Source: Octopus vulgaris (Eukaryota). Taken from it: 64,000 bases of DNA. The notes beneath the pieces are model-generated. The model was not told the DNA's origin. It saw only the letters and a list, made by a program, of their open reading frames with translations, and ran no database searches. The stretch is from contig OX597820.1 of NCBI GenBank assembly GCA_951406725.2, forward strand, positions 23,684,001 through 23,748,000. The letters run 5' to 3'. Positions 1 through 35,170 of this stretch are shown here, in pieces (the stretch's first letter is position 1; every line of letters starts with the position of its first letter). Made by a program: the position numbers and the translations under genes.

Positions 1-39
1 TTTCAATGATTTAACATGCTTGATTGACTGTTTGTCAGA

Positions 40-241
40 ACACAGAGAGGACAAACAAGGACAGACAAACGGACTGTCGATTATATCGTCCTCAGTGCGT
101 AACTGGTACTTATTTAATCGACCCCGAAAGGATGAAAGGCAAAGTTGACCTCGGCGGAATTTGAACTCAGAACGTAACGGCAAACGAAATACCGCTAAGC
201 ACTTCGCCCGGCGTGCTGACGATTCTGCCAGCTCGCCGCCT
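40..241 (-). mobile_element. tRNA-derived SINE with Deu/Nin-like central domain (family A); other copies ~555-790(+), 8728-8958(-), 14200-14432(+), 15422-15650(-), 28368-28572(+), 40478-40688(+), 43975-44205(-), 51493-51712(+), 62861-63095(+)
   Basis: Head ggcggcgagctggcagaa..., B-box-like gagttcaaattc and core gcctttcatcctttcggggtcgataaattaagtaccag; many dispersed copies. Confidence 0.85.
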
Positions 242-2478
242 TTTAACTACTTAAACAGAGTATATCAGTGATGTAATTTTCATGTGAACATCGAACGGGA
301 GTCTGCACGTAGCTGCTTGTTCAATCAGAAATAGCAGCTAAATCATACTTTATCGTATTTAAAAAATTAAAAAAATACACTGTGAATGATATATTATATA
401 CATTATGTCTGAATAAAAAAAGATCCAAAAAATTTCGAGTAATTTATATAGTCTCAAAACTTGTTTAGTGATGTTGCCAAATTTCCATTCCCAAATTAAC
501 CAACATTTATAAAGTAGCGACATCATGTTTTGTCTTAATATCTGAGATGCATTAAGTCGGCGAACTGGCAGAAACGTTAGCACGCCGGGCGAAATGCGTA
601 GCCGTATTTCGTCTGCCGCTACGTTCTGAGTTCAAATTCAGCCGAGGTCGACTTTGCCTTTCATCCCTTCGGGGGTCGATAAATTAAGTGCCAGTTACGC
701 ACTGGGGTCGATATAATCGACTTAATCCGTTTGTCTGTCCTTGTTTGTCCTCTCTGTGTTTAGCCCCTTGTGGGTAGTAAAAAAATAGGTATTTCATCTG
801 TCTTTATGTTCTGAGTTCAAATTCCGCCGAAGTCGACTTTGCCTTTCATCCTTTTGGAGTTGATAAATTAAGTACCAATTGTGTACTGAGGTCGATCTAA
901 TCAGCTGGGCCCCATCCCCCAAAATTTCAGGCCTTGTACCTAGGGCAGAAAAGAATATCTGAGATGCATTGTTAACAAATTATACTTTCGTGATGATATT
1001 GTAGGCAAATATTTAAATCTACAATTACAAGATGTATGACCTAGTGGTTAAGATTCCAAACTAACGATCGTAGTAGAAGAAAGGAATTATCGAATGTAAA
1101 CAATGCGAGCAAAAGCAATCTGCTTTAATGCTTCAGTTTATGTAGGGGAAAAAATGAGTCACCTAAAGAATATATTCTTGAATAGCAAATAGCCAGACCA
1201 TCATATCTAGACCCATAGCCATTCTCAGGAAGTGAATAAATGTTAAACAAAACTCAAAGTCTCTACCTTACTGCAAAGGTCTGTCTAAGAAAATTTGGGG
1301 AATCTGGAAGTTCATTGTCATCATCATCTTTGTTTTCATGTTCACTTTTTCATGCTCACATGGGTCAGATGGAATTTGTTGGGACAAATTTTCTGTGGCC
1401 AGATACTGTTCCTGTCATCATTCCTAACCTGTTTCAAGTAAAGTAACATTTCCCCATGGCTGGATATATTTTCATGGAAGTTTGTAAATGAAAGACACCA
1501 CTTGTATGACTGACACTCATTTACAACAATCATGCATTATCAAAACAAGGAGACACCAACTCATGCACACAAATATCATCATCATCATCATTAACATTGA
1601 ATGTCTGTTTTCCATGCTGGCATAAGTTGGAAAGCTTGATAGGAACTGGCAAGGCCAGGGGCAACACCAAGTTCCATAGTCTGTTTTGACTTGGTTTTTA
1701 TGGCGGGATGCTCTTCCTGATGCCAACCACTTTACACAGTGTATTGGGTGCTTTTTACGTGGCACCAGCACCCACACTTATGTTTTTTACATGATACCTT
1801 GGCTTTAGGATCTCAGTTCTGTTGTGGTGGGTGGGTCTTCTTGAGTACAGCAATGTATCACACATCTTGGTCCTCTGGCATCTTCTTTGTAAGAGTCAGT
1901 GTTCTGAAATCGATTTTCAATACTTTATCCTATGCACTAGCATAGGGGGTGGGACGGTAGGGGCGGTCTGCTCCGGGCAGCACCTTTCGTTTTGTTGTAG
2001 GCTGTTGCTGTAGGCAATATGGGGTCCGGGGGCAGCAAATGGAAGGGTCACCCCAAGCAACACACACTCTAGCTATGCTAGTAATCTTATGTCTTCCTGG
2101 GTCTCCCTTTTCCACAACTTCCCTCCACTGCAAGTGATCAGCACTTCTTTATGCATATAGATATATACATGATAGGCTTCTTTCAGTTTCCATCTACCAA
2201 ATCTTCTCACAAGGCTTTGGTCAGCTCTTTAGGTCAGAGCTTTAGGAGAAGACACTTGCCCGAGGTACTACTTTGTGGGACTGAACTTAGAACCAAGTAG
2301 TTGGGAAGTGAGCTAACAACCACACAACCAGCCATAAAATAATGCCTGAATCAGTCTCCATTCAAAACTATGGACTTAAAAAAACAAACGAACTGAATGA
2401 TGTAAATGAATGTGATGCCTTTGTTCATCCATACTAATTTGTACATAGCTAATAAACTGATTCTTTTGATATTATCAG

Positions 2479-24478
<22,000 letters not shown>

Positions 24479-25898
24479 ATAATTAGTCTGCTGGAAACGG
24501 ACAGTTGAGCTGCTGAGTCAAACACGATTTTTATAATGTTCTACCTAGGGTCAATTAACACTTTATAATAATTATAATTATTTGACATTTTTTTGTTTTG
24601 TTTCCAGTGAGACTTACAATATTGTTTTCGTCTTTTTTATGTCAAATGATCATAAGGGTGTGTTTTTTTTATAAAAATTAATTTAGAATTTATTTGAATC
24701 GAACTTTTACAAAAAGTATTATTTTTATTATTTTTTTTGTTTTGTTTTAGCAAACCTTTATTGGTTTCAATCTGCGGCTGTGCTACATGATTTAATGGGT
24801 TTTTTTACAACTTTTGTTTAATTTTCAGTTTAAACTTCGGTTAGGAATTTTAATTGGGGATTTCAAAAAATTTATTTAGTTTATTTCAGTGTTTTCGATT
24901 TAGAAATGAAGATCCTATTGCTAAAAGTATGTCGGTCACATAGATTTTTATGTCTGGCTCAAATAACTTTTGACGGCTGCTCATAATCCATTAGAAATGT
25001 TGAAATATTTCATTAACTATAGTTTACTCTCATTAGAATATGAATGAGATGATAAAAAAAAGTAGTGCTTGAGACCTCTTCAGTTCCTACAATGCTGGGA
25101 AAATATAGGATGGTTAGATACAGTTAGCATAGTTCAACTAATGCTGCTCAATTCAGTGATAGGCACATATTTGTTCTTGAAGGTGGAGATGTGGTTGGCT
25201 TTTGCTTGGCATTATCAAATCAATACACACATTCTGTTTTTATATATCAACTGAAATTCGAGAGTGAATTTAACTGAAACTGAAATTCTATTTCAAAAAG
25301 AATTTTTAGTTTTGAATACCATCAAGGAAAAAATTTTTTTCCAATTTTTATTTAGGTAAGAAATTCAATTCCAGATTCACCCTCATATTTGATTTTGGTA
25401 TACAAGAATATCATGATCATTATTGGATTTTCTATGAAAGAATCCAATGGTTGGCTGTGTTTCCAATACAATAATTTCCTATACATCTCAACTTTTTAAG
25501 AATTGCATCATCAATGTGCAATTGATGTATTTAGTAGAATCTATGTTTAAGCTTTATTTTCACAATTTAAAAATAATTCTGAAATAGAGTGTTTAGCATA
25601 GACTGTAGTATTTTGACATAACTTGTGGATTATATTAGCTCTTAAGGTTACTTGTTTACTAAACCTTGAAATTTAACATTTTATTTCATATGAATTGAAA
25701 ACTGATATGAAGTAAAATAAACATATGATTATGAGACTGTCAAAATTTTCTTTTCCCTGTAGGAATTAGAAATTGTGATCAGATTCCTATTTGAATTTTG
25801 CCAAATACACTCTCAAAATAGAAATAGCATGTATAGTGTTTATTTTTGTAATACATCATAACACACTTTTATGATCTTCTTCACTCACTTTCGGTCAC

Positions 25899-25926
25899 CA
25901 TATATATATGTGTGTATGTATGTGTG

Positions 25927-25970
<44 letters not shown>

Positions 25971-26083
25971 CGTGCATACATATATAAACATATATATACA
26001 CACACATATATATACGTGCATACATATATAAACATATATATACACACACATATATATATATATACGTACATACATATATAAAC

Positions 26084-26115
<32 letters not shown>

Positions 26116-26218
26116 ATATATAAACATATATATACACACATATATATACATGCATATATATACATGCATATATACACACATACATATATATACATGCATA
26201 TATATATACATGCATATA

Positions 26219-26252
<34 letters not shown>

Positions 26253-26294
26253 CATACATATATATATATACACATACACATATATATATATACA
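25899..26294. repeat. Compound (TA)/(CA)/(TACA) microsatellite with a higher-order unit of ~45-50 bp
   Basis: Repeated tatatatacgtgcatacatatataaacatatatatacacacaca-type blocks. Confidence 0.95.
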
Positions 26295-26693
26295 CTTTTT
26301 GCTAAAACTGCAGACTTAATACTATATTTTGTAAAACGTTTGATTTGAAAACAATATATTACTATGTATAGATTTCTATGAAATATATGAAAATAAAACA
26401 TGTCTGAGTTATGTTTGAGTCCTGTTATAATCGTTCATTATGTGCCTTGTCTTTTAAGATACTTGTAATATGCAAAAAATGTATTAGGTACATAAATTAG
26501 TCCAGAGTAACTATATAGTGAGGAAGTTCACTTTGTGACCATGTGGATCTTTGCAATCATACAGCATTTACCCAGAGTGCTACTTCATGGCACTTTGTGT
26601 ATGTCCTCCACCATAGCTTTGGTTTGATTCCTTGTGAATAGAATTTGGTTGATGGAAACTGTGTGGAAGCCTGTTGTGTGTGAGTGGAGGGAG

Positions 26694-27109
26694 GGATCTT
26701 TTCGGTTTGAACAGCAGTTTTTTTTAGCGGTGTCATATGAAATTGTCACCCATAATTATGACCCTAGTATTGATCTATTGCATTTCAATCTGTTTTAGGG
26801 TTAGGGTTAGGGGTGGCGGAAGGGTATCTTTTTTTCTTCAGAAATGTAAATAAACCCAATCTGTTTCTTAAACGAGGAACATTTTCATACGGCACAGAAT
26901 GTTTTCACCTCAATAGACGTCATTGATTGGTTGAAATTGCAGAAATTGAAGAGAAAAAACAACAAATATCTTACAAACTATAGAATTTTCACAATAAAGC
27001 CAAGAGAAAAAGATGTTTTATAAACACATTCTACCAGTATACGAAGTTTAAAAGTGTTTAGTTACGTGGAAATTATTTTTAAAAACTGCCGTTCAAACAG
27101 AAAAGATCC
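26694..27109. mobile_element. TIR element (GGATCTTTT...AAAAGATCC) carrying internal (TTAGGG)3; second copy 34718-35073, relatives 32305-32439 and 33913-34090
   Basis: TIR ggatcttttcggtttgaac(a/g)gcagttttt; near-identical internal sequence in two copies; the copy at 34718 is flanked by GAAAT on both sides. Confidence 0.8.
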
Positions 27110-27464
27110 GAAGGGAGAAATGAGATTGGAAAGAGTGAGGAAAAGAGAGAAAGTGTTCTTATCACTTTGGTTGTAGCTAAGAATAAGGGATTGAAATCAT
27201 TTCTAAATAATTTGAATTCTCTTTAGAACTAGCGAATATTTTACTGGAAACAAATTTTGCTCAAGATGTTTCAATCTGGTAAATGGAAACTAAGCCTGTT
27301 GTGTGCATGTGTGTGTGAGGGATTGGTAAGAGCTGGTAGTAAATCAGATTGAGTCAAGACATTCTGTAAAGAAAGGATGCTACATGTTTGAGAAAGAGGT
27401 GGCTTAAACATGCCAAGCTGAAAGTTGCTTTATGTAAAGACGTCATTCCAAACCTGTCTGATAA

Positions 27465-27731
27465 TGTGGGAATGTTTTACCACAGATATCACATTAGTAT
27501 GTTTCTCACCCGAGTGAATAGCTTTATGGCTTATTAATATATTACGCTGTGGGAATGTTTTACCACATCCAGCTGTAGAAACTCTGCCAGATCAAGATTG
27601 GAGCCAGTTGCAGCCATCTGGTTCGCCAGTCCTCAATTAAATCGTCCAACCCATGCTAGCATGGAAAGCGGACGTTAAACGATGATGATGATCGCATTGG
27701 TATGGTCTTTCACCTGTGTGAATCTGTTTGA
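27465..27731 (-). pseudogene. Duplicated fragment of finger 2 of the 28967-29659 zinc-finger gene, interrupted by a repeat insertion (27568-27692)
   Basis: Near-identical to 29392-29505 (atgtttctcacc.gagtgaatagctttatggctt.ttaat.tattacgctgtgggaatgttttaccaca ... cattggtatggtctttcacctgtgtgaatc). Confidence 0.85.
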
Positions 27732-28966
27732 TATGAAGAGCATAACCTATGGATATATTCTTTTGAAAACAGGTTTTAATATTTTATATATGATTTAATA
27801 TTTAATATATGCTGTTTTTCCCCCAATACAGTTTTATGATTTAGGGGTCTTTATCACATACATGAAGTTCTGATAAACATTTGATCATCTTTGCAAGTTT
27901 TACAATTAAATGCCTTGGTATAGTCTATGACTCCCTCTAATCAGACCATCTTTAAAAAAAAAAAGAAGGAAAGGATACAATGGATAGCATAATCCTTGAC
28001 ACCTTGAAAAGATGGGATGGTTATGGTTGGAATGTCTTTGATCATAGCTCTGTCCACTCAGAGTTGTCTTGCAGGCTAAACAACAAAAACAACTAGATGT
28101 ACTAAGAGATAAACTGATAACCTGGTTCTTCTGTTCTATATTTAAGAGATGAGGAATTATGTACATTATTTACATTCGATGGATATTTGTCCTCATCTCG
28201 GGTTCTTGTTTGGTCGAAAAACTGCACGATGAGTTCTAAATTTGGTCAAAGCAGCAAAGTTCAAAGCTACCTAGTATGCAGAAATTTAGATGGATCAAAT
28301 ATTATCAACAGGGACATACATAAAAAGGATTGCTTTCAAATAGGTTTTGCTACATAGGTGATAGAATTAAGGCGGCGAGCTGGCAGAAACGTTAGCATGC
28401 CGGGCGAAATGCTTAGCTGTATTTCATCTGCCGCTACGTTCTGAGTTCAAATTCTGCCAAGGTCGACTTTGCCTTTCATCCTTTTGGGGTCGATATAATC
28501 GACTTAATCTGTTTGTCTGTCCTTGTTTGTCTCCTCTGTGTGTAGCCCCTTGTGGGCAGTAAAGAAATAAGAAACAATGTGGAATCAGTCATTGTAATAA
28601 TAGCTCAATAGTTAAGAAAAAGAAAGGAAACCATTTGTGGACAACAAAGGACTTCTTGAGAAAAGTAATTGCATGAAATAGGTATAAGTATGATGCTGCA
28701 TTTCTAACATGAATGTGGAAAGTGTACTGAGGCTGGAAAAGAAACTGAAGATGGTGTATTGAATGTATAAAACTTACATACAATATTAAGTGCAATTGAG
28801 CTTATGATGGGGACGATGAGATGATGATGTTGATGTAGCCAATCAGAGGAATCGTACATTATTTTATCAAGTATTTTATTATTACAATTTAAACTTTATT
28901 CTGAAATTAACATTTTGTGTAGAAAAAATTCTGTTAGCACTTTAAAATGCTGTCTTATGTGAGATA

Positions 28967-29659
28967 TCAGTTGTATGCTTCCTCACATATGCGAGTCCGT
29001 TGATGCAGAGTTAAGTTGCTCTTGTGTGAGAATGCTTTGCCACAAATATCACAGTGATATGGTTTCTCACCTGTATGAATACGGATGTGTCTGATCAATT
29101 GATCTTTTCGGGAGAACGTCTTACCACAAACATCACAGCGATACGGTTTCTCACCTGTATGGATACGCTTGTGGCTAATCAATAGTTCTTTTCGAGCAAA
29201 TGATTTATCACAGATATCACAATGATATGGTTTCTCACCTGTGTGAATACGTAAGTGGAGAGTTAAATGTTCCTTCCGAGAGAATGACTTATCGCAGATA
29301 TCACAGTGATATGGTTTCTCACCTGTATGAACACGTTTGTGAAGTGCTAGGTATTCTTTCCGAGAGAACGATTTACTGCAAATATCACAGTCATGTTTCT
29401 CACCTGAGTGAATAGCTTTATGGCTTGTTAATTTATTACGCTGTGGGAATGTTTTACCACAGATATCACATTGGTATGGTCTTTCACCTGTGTGAATCCG
29501 TTTGTGATTAGTCAAAAGTCCATTCTGAGAGAATGCTTTTAAACAGATGTCGCAGGTGTATGGTTTGTGTCGTATTTTTTCTTGTGTCAAGTGAGATACA
29601 ATTTTACTATCAGGTTGTGTTTCATCACGAGCATGATTCACACACATTTTCTCCTCCAT
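28967..29659 (-). CDS. C2H2 zinc-finger protein, 230 aa; 6 canonical fingers plus a terminal C2HC-like finger; single coding exon
   Basis: Uninterrupted ORF of CxxC-x12-HxxxH units with TGEKPY/TGERPY linkers. An upstream splice acceptor (ttatcattgcag|) puts the exon start at 29811. Confidence 0.92.
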   Translation of the reverse strand: MEEKMCVNHARDETQPDSKIVSHLTQEKIRHKPYTCDICLKAFSQNGLLTNHKRIHTGERPYQCDICGKTFPQRNKLTSHKAIHSGEKHDCDICSKSFSRKEYLALHKRVHTGEKPYHCDICDKSFSRKEHLTLHLRIHTGEKPYHCDICDKSFARKELLISHKRIHTGEKPYRCDVCGKTFSRKDQLIRHIRIHTGEKPYHCDICGKAFSHKSNLTLHQRTRICEEAYN

Positions 29660-29863
29660 AGTGTCAATTTAGTGCTCATTAAATACAAATATAATTCATT
29701 TCGTTATGTTTTCTAATGGTGATGTAACCGACTACATAACATAAAGTCATTCTTCAGTCTTTCATATTTTTCCTTCCTTCCTTCCTTGATGTATCACTGG
29801 TGAGACATTCCCTGCAATGATAAGACAGTATAAAATAAAATATAAGAGACAATAAAATATTTA

Positions 29864-30340
29864 TTTCAAATTTTGGCACAAGGCCAGCAGTTTCAGGGCA
29901 GGAGTAAGTTGATTACAATGATCCCAGTGATGAATTGGTACTTATTTTATTGACCCCAAAAAGATGAAGAGTAAAGTCGACATCTGTAGAATTTGAACTC
30001 AGAACATAAAGATGAACAAAAACTGCTAAGCATTTTGCCTAGCATGCCAATAATTCTGCCGGCTTGCTGCCTTAGCAATAACAACAATATTGATTTCAAA
30101 TTTTGGCACAAGGCCAGCAGTTTCAGGGTAGGGAGTAGTCGATTACATTGAACCCAGTACTCAATTGGTGCTTATTTTATTGACCCTGAAAGGATGAAAG
30201 GTAAAGATGACAGTGGAATTTGAACTAAGAACATAAAGATGGATGAAATACTGATAAGCATTTTGCCTAGCATGCTAACAATTCTGCCAACCTGCTGCCT
30301 TAGCAATAATAATAATATTGATTTTAAATTTTGGTACCTT
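29864..30340 (-). repeat. Tandem duplication of a ~229 bp SINE-containing unit (2 copies plus the start of a third)
   Basis: attt(c/t)aaattttgg(c/t)ac recurs at ~29864, ~30093 and ~30321; the bodies of the units are colinear. Confidence 0.85.
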
Positions 30341-30654
30341 AATCTAGGCATATAATAATGATTATGATCATGATAACAATGAAACAATATCAATGTTAAT
30401 AATAATTTCTGAATTTGTCACAAAGCCTTAAATCACAGAAGAGTAGATTAGATGAAATTCAGTGAAGATGCATTAACAGCAATACAAAAGGGATTTTACA
30501 TACAAAATACAGGAAGTACAGTGAAATCCCCAAAATCCCATAAAATGCAATACAAAAGAGTTTTTACAGCTCTGTTGGGACACTTGCAAATAGCTATGCC
30601 TGATGAGTTCTTCAGCACCACAGCTCTACACAGGGTTGGTAATTATTGGTAGCA

Positions 30655-32210
30655 TTGAAATAGAGGAAAGTGATGTAAAATAAGCCATTGATAAAATGAA
30701 CTTAAAATCAGTCCCAGGCTCTGATTGATTCCCAGAAATCCTAAAAAAAATGCAAAAGGACTTAAGCAAGACCACTACAGATCCTCTTTAAAAGCTTCCT
30801 TGCCACAGGGAAACTTTCCAGAAAGTTAAAAGAAGGCATAGTATATCCTGTTCATAAAAGAAGTAGCAGAGTGAATGCTAAAAATTACAGGCCTGTCTCT
30901 GTAACCTCACATGTCAATAAAGTCATGGAATTTATTGTCAAGAGGAAGCTGATCATATTCCAAGAAGATAATGACTTGCTCCCTGACACCCAGCATAGCT
31001 TCTGCTCAAGAAAAAGCTGTTGTACACAGCTCCTGCAGCATTATGACTGGGTGTTGAAACAACTGATGAATTGCTCAAATGTGGATGTGATATATATCTT
31101 GAGTTTGCAAAGGCCTTTGATAAGGTTGATCATTGGATGATGTCACAAGCCATGGAGACTCGGCATAGTTGGAAAACAGGGAGAGTGGTTACATGACTTC
31201 TTAAAAGACAGAAGCCAGCCTGTAACAGCCAATGGGGCTCTCTCCAGGAAGCAAGTGGTGTGCCTCTGGGAACTGTCTTGGGGCCCCGTTCTGTTTATGG
31301 TGACTCTTTTGGCCATGCCATCAGTAACACAGACAGTCACACTTACTAGCTATACCAACGACACAAAAGTAGTACAAGTAGTCAAAAAGAAATTCTGATG
31401 CTAATCTTTTACAAAAGACCTAGATGTCTTATATAAATGAGCTGAAGAAAACAACATGCAATTTAATGCAGGAAAATTCCAAGCCCTCTGCTATCAGCTA
31501 GCTTGTGCTAACATGCTGTAACAATGATACTTTGGACTAAAGGGAACAGCAGCTCCAGAGTCAAATACAGCATATGGTCTGAGGATTGATATGCACTACA
31601 ACACCTTGTTTCATGTGCATATCATCAAGATGGTGGCAATGTGCAGGCAAATGGTTGGATGGGTTATGAGAATTTAAGAACAAGGGACTAGGAAACTATG
31701 CTGGTTGTATGGAGGACATTTGTCCTCAGCCGTTTGGACAACTGCCCTCAACTGTGGTCACCTTGCAGTGGCAAATAACTAGTGGAACTTGAGGCATTTT
31801 GGTAGTAGTACATCAGGGAGATACTGCACTAATGGAAGAGCTGAGCTACTGGGAGAGACTGAAAGAGCTATGACTCTACTCCCTGGAGTGAAAATGGAAG
31901 AGATATGCAGTGATATATGTATGCATGGAATATCCTGGAAGAGTTGGCACCAAACTTTGGCATCAAGAGCTATACCAGGACCTGAACTGGACACCACTGT
32001 TCCAAAGGTCCTGGCCATCTAGTACTACAACAGTTCAGGTTTTATGGGCTCACGGCTATTTCATACCTGAGAGATCTACAAAGAGTAGGGGTAGATGTTC
32101 TCAAGAAACAATTTGACCTCCTGCTGTCCAAGATCCCAGATGAACCTACACCATGGCAAGAAAATCTAAAGGGAGTGTCAATATTGAACTTGCTCCTCTA
32201 CCAATTGCTA
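30655..32210 (+). mobile_element. Degraded CR1/L2-group LINE reverse transcriptase
   Basis: PVHK...NYRPVSVTSHVNKVMEFIV, QHSF...SCCTQLL, FAKAFDKVDH, GTVLGP.LF and a YxDD remnant (YTND); many stops and frameshifts. Confidence 0.85.
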
Positions 32211-32686
32211 ATCATAAAAGAAAGGCCATTGAGAATGTGATAACACTGGCGGTGTCCCAACACAGCCACAGCCTTTGGGCTGAAACGCATGAAATACACA
32301 CACAGGATCTTTTCCTTTTGATGGACGGAATTTTCTAGTTAACAAAACAATTTGAAACTTCGTATACTGGTAGAATGTGTCAAAAGAAAACATTATTGTA
32401 AACAAAATTGTAATTTGTAAGTTTAACGTAGTAAGATCCCACACACACATATATATTCAGATTTACCTGAAAAACTGCGTGTATGTAGAGGAACAGTATC
32501 GAGAAGTGATTGGTTCTATACACAAGTCCTAACTCTAATCCCAATGTTCACAGTAGATGATGCGAAGGGCCAAATGATTTTACTTTAACACACGTTAATA
32601 ATACAGTTAAATCGCATTAAAAGTTTCATTGATACTATCATCAAATAATTCTGCGGTAGCATTCATTGCCCGGAGGTTTTGTTTCA

Positions 32687-32945
32687 GGCGCGTGGCTTAG
32701 TGGTTAGGGTGTCAGCATCATGATCGTAAGATTGTGGTTTCGATTCCTGGACCGGGCGACGAGTTGTGTTCTTGAGCAAAACACTTCATTTCACGTTGAT
32801 CCAGTCCACTCAGCTGGCAAAAATGAGTAACGCTGCGATGGACTGGGGAACACATACGCCATAGAACACAGCTGGGGAACACATACGCCATAGAAACCGG
32901 GAAACTGGGCCCATGAGCCTGGCTAGGCTTTAAAAAGGGCGCATT
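32687..32945 (+). mobile_element. tRNA-derived SINE (family D); related copies ~22945-23272(-), 55972-56342(+), 62456-62690(+)
   Basis: ggcgcgtggcttagtggttagg (A box)...ggtttcgattcc (B box)...gtgttcttgagcaaaacactt core. Confidence 0.8.
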
Positions 32946-34249
32946 TATTATTTTATTTATGTCAACAATCGTGAAAATGAAGAGAGGACATCTGAAAGGA
33001 TGGAGCTTGTAACATGTTGTAGAAGGAGTCTTTGACACTTATTTATAAAATATAGATATTTAACAATAAAGAGAAAAAAATAGAAGTTCATTTAAGACAG
33101 CAATCTGTTAGAATTATTACAACATCGAAAAATTTTAAGGTGTCTATTCCGGCTATTCATTGACGTTCGAAGTTTAAATCCCGTAGTTAACAAAATATAA
33201 GCATTTTTTGTCAATGCGGCATCACAGCATAGCCGCAGTCCAATGAATGTAACAAGTAAAAAAATAGAAGGTAGAAATATATTTAGTGAACTTAAAGAAT
33301 AGCGATTCCAATAGCTATTTCATGAAATGATTTTCATGGATCTCCTTAAGATTCAACTAAAAACGGTAAATTTTCAGATTCTAAAAACAAAACAGACAGC
33401 AGACATATTTTCAAATGTCAACTTACCGTCTTATTGTATTTTATTCGTTCTAATCACAATTATAACATACTAAACATGATTTTAGATTCATACATCTTTA
33501 AGTCGATGAAAATAGAAGACGATAATTCCAGCCACACTTTTATAATAGTTATCTTTCTTTCTTTAAGTCTTTAGTGTCAAGAGGTAATCAATTGAATTCA
33601 GTGAACACTAAAAAGCTGATCGGAAAGATTTAACGAAGCGAAGAAAACACCAACATAATTAAATATTCAATCCAATATGAATTATTTTGGCAAGCTCGTG
33701 ATACACCTCATTACTTTATTTTCTAAATATGCTAATTTTTTATGTCTACTCATCTGCAATACTGTTGCATTATCATTCTACTATAATGAATTTTCATTTC
33801 GAAGTCGTTTCCCTTGTCCTTTGTTGCTTAAAAACCAGTGGTTAAGGTGATTTTTCTTTTAATTACTATGACTACAATTTTATTGAATTAAAATTTCGTG
33901 ACTCACTACATCGGATTTTTTCGCTTTGACCGGCAGATTTTTTTAATAATTCCTTTGTAACTAAACACTTTTAAACTTCGTATACTGGCAGAATGTGTTT
34001 ATAAAACATCTTTTTCTCTTGGCTTTATTGAGAAAATTCTGGTTACAAAGAAATTATTTTAAAAATCTGCCAGTCAAAGCGAAAAGATCCGCGTTTTCTT
34101 CCAACCACTTGAAGATTTTAAAATTCTCGATAGAATGCTTTCAAATTTTCCATATAGATGTAGTTTTGTATGCTCATGACGAATATCTCATTTATTTTTT
34201 CGAGAAGTTAATAATTAATAAGACAGAAGCATTTAAAGTTATACATTTT

Positions 34250-34316
34250 TAGCCAATGAAATGGGCCCAACGTCACGAGAAGTCGATGGTTGCTGCCATA
34301 GTTGCCATGGCAACAG
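34250..34316. promoter_or_regulatory. Candidate promoter cluster: CCAAT box, CGTCACG and a perfect RFX X-box
   Basis: agccaatg at ~34251, cgtcacg at 34271 and the GTTGCCATGGCAAC palindrome at 34301-34314, in a stretch that retains CpGs. Confidence 0.5.
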
Positions 34317-34609
34317 ACTGGTTGAGCATGCAGACAATTTCGGTAATTTCATAAACATTCCGTTACATTGACAAAGGAATGGAGAAAATAATTTAATGAA
34401 AGCAAAACAAACAAGCAAAAAAAAAAAAAAAACAGGGATGAGTCTAATTTTTTAAAGAGATTTTAATGAAAGAAAGCAAAACGAAAAGGTTTTTTTTTTT
34501 AAAGAATGTAATTTCAAGAAAACAATGATTAAATATTTTCGACCTGCCTCTAGAAATAACAGACATACATACGTATGTATGTATATACTCCTGCATGCAT
34601 ATATGGAGA

Positions 34610-35170
34610 CCTATCCGGATATTTATCTTTCAGTTTTAATCTGGAAACTTAAAGTCGAAGGGACCAATTTCGACATCAAATGGAAAATCCTCTCAAAACC
34701 CTGACTCTAAAGAAATGGATCTTTTCGGTTCGAACGGCAGTTTTTCCTAGCGATGTCATATGAAATTGTCACCCATAATTATGACCCTAGTATCGATCTA
34801 TTGCATTTCAATCTGTTTTAGGGTTAGGTGTGGGGGGAAGGGTATCTTTTTCTTTCTTCAGAAATGTAAATAAACCCAATTTGTTTCTTAAACGAGGGAC
34901 ATATTCATACGGCACAGAATGTTTTCACCTCAATAGACGTCATTGATTGGTTGAAATTGAAGGAAAAGATCCAAGATGTTTTATAAACACATTCTACCAG
35001 TATACGAAGTTTAAAAGTGTTTAGTTACGTGGAAATTATTTTTAAAAATTGCCGTTCAAACCGAAAAGATCCGAAATGTTCAGTGTGTTCTCTTTGATGA
35101 ACGAGATTTTTTTCTGTATGTCTGCATTTCGGAAATACACCTTGTTGCAATTTAAAAGCCGACCACCAGA
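34610..35170 (+). mobile_element. Penelope-like element remnant (region C-terminal to the GIY-YIG endonuclease), interrupted by the TIR element at 34718-35073
   Basis: LSVLIWKLKVEGTNFDIKWKILSKP, resuming after the MITE as KCSVC. Confidence 0.55.

Noticed and set aside
1-2478. Search for GBE1 exon 1 and promoter
   Set aside because: No N-terminal GBE peptide with a matching phase-2 donor was found; the region is SINE-filled intron, so exon 1 is presumed upstream.
25881-26401. Three overlapping 132-168 aa ORFs rich in Y/I/C/M/V
   Set aside because: They are translations of a TA/CA microsatellite that lacks stop codons; not coding.
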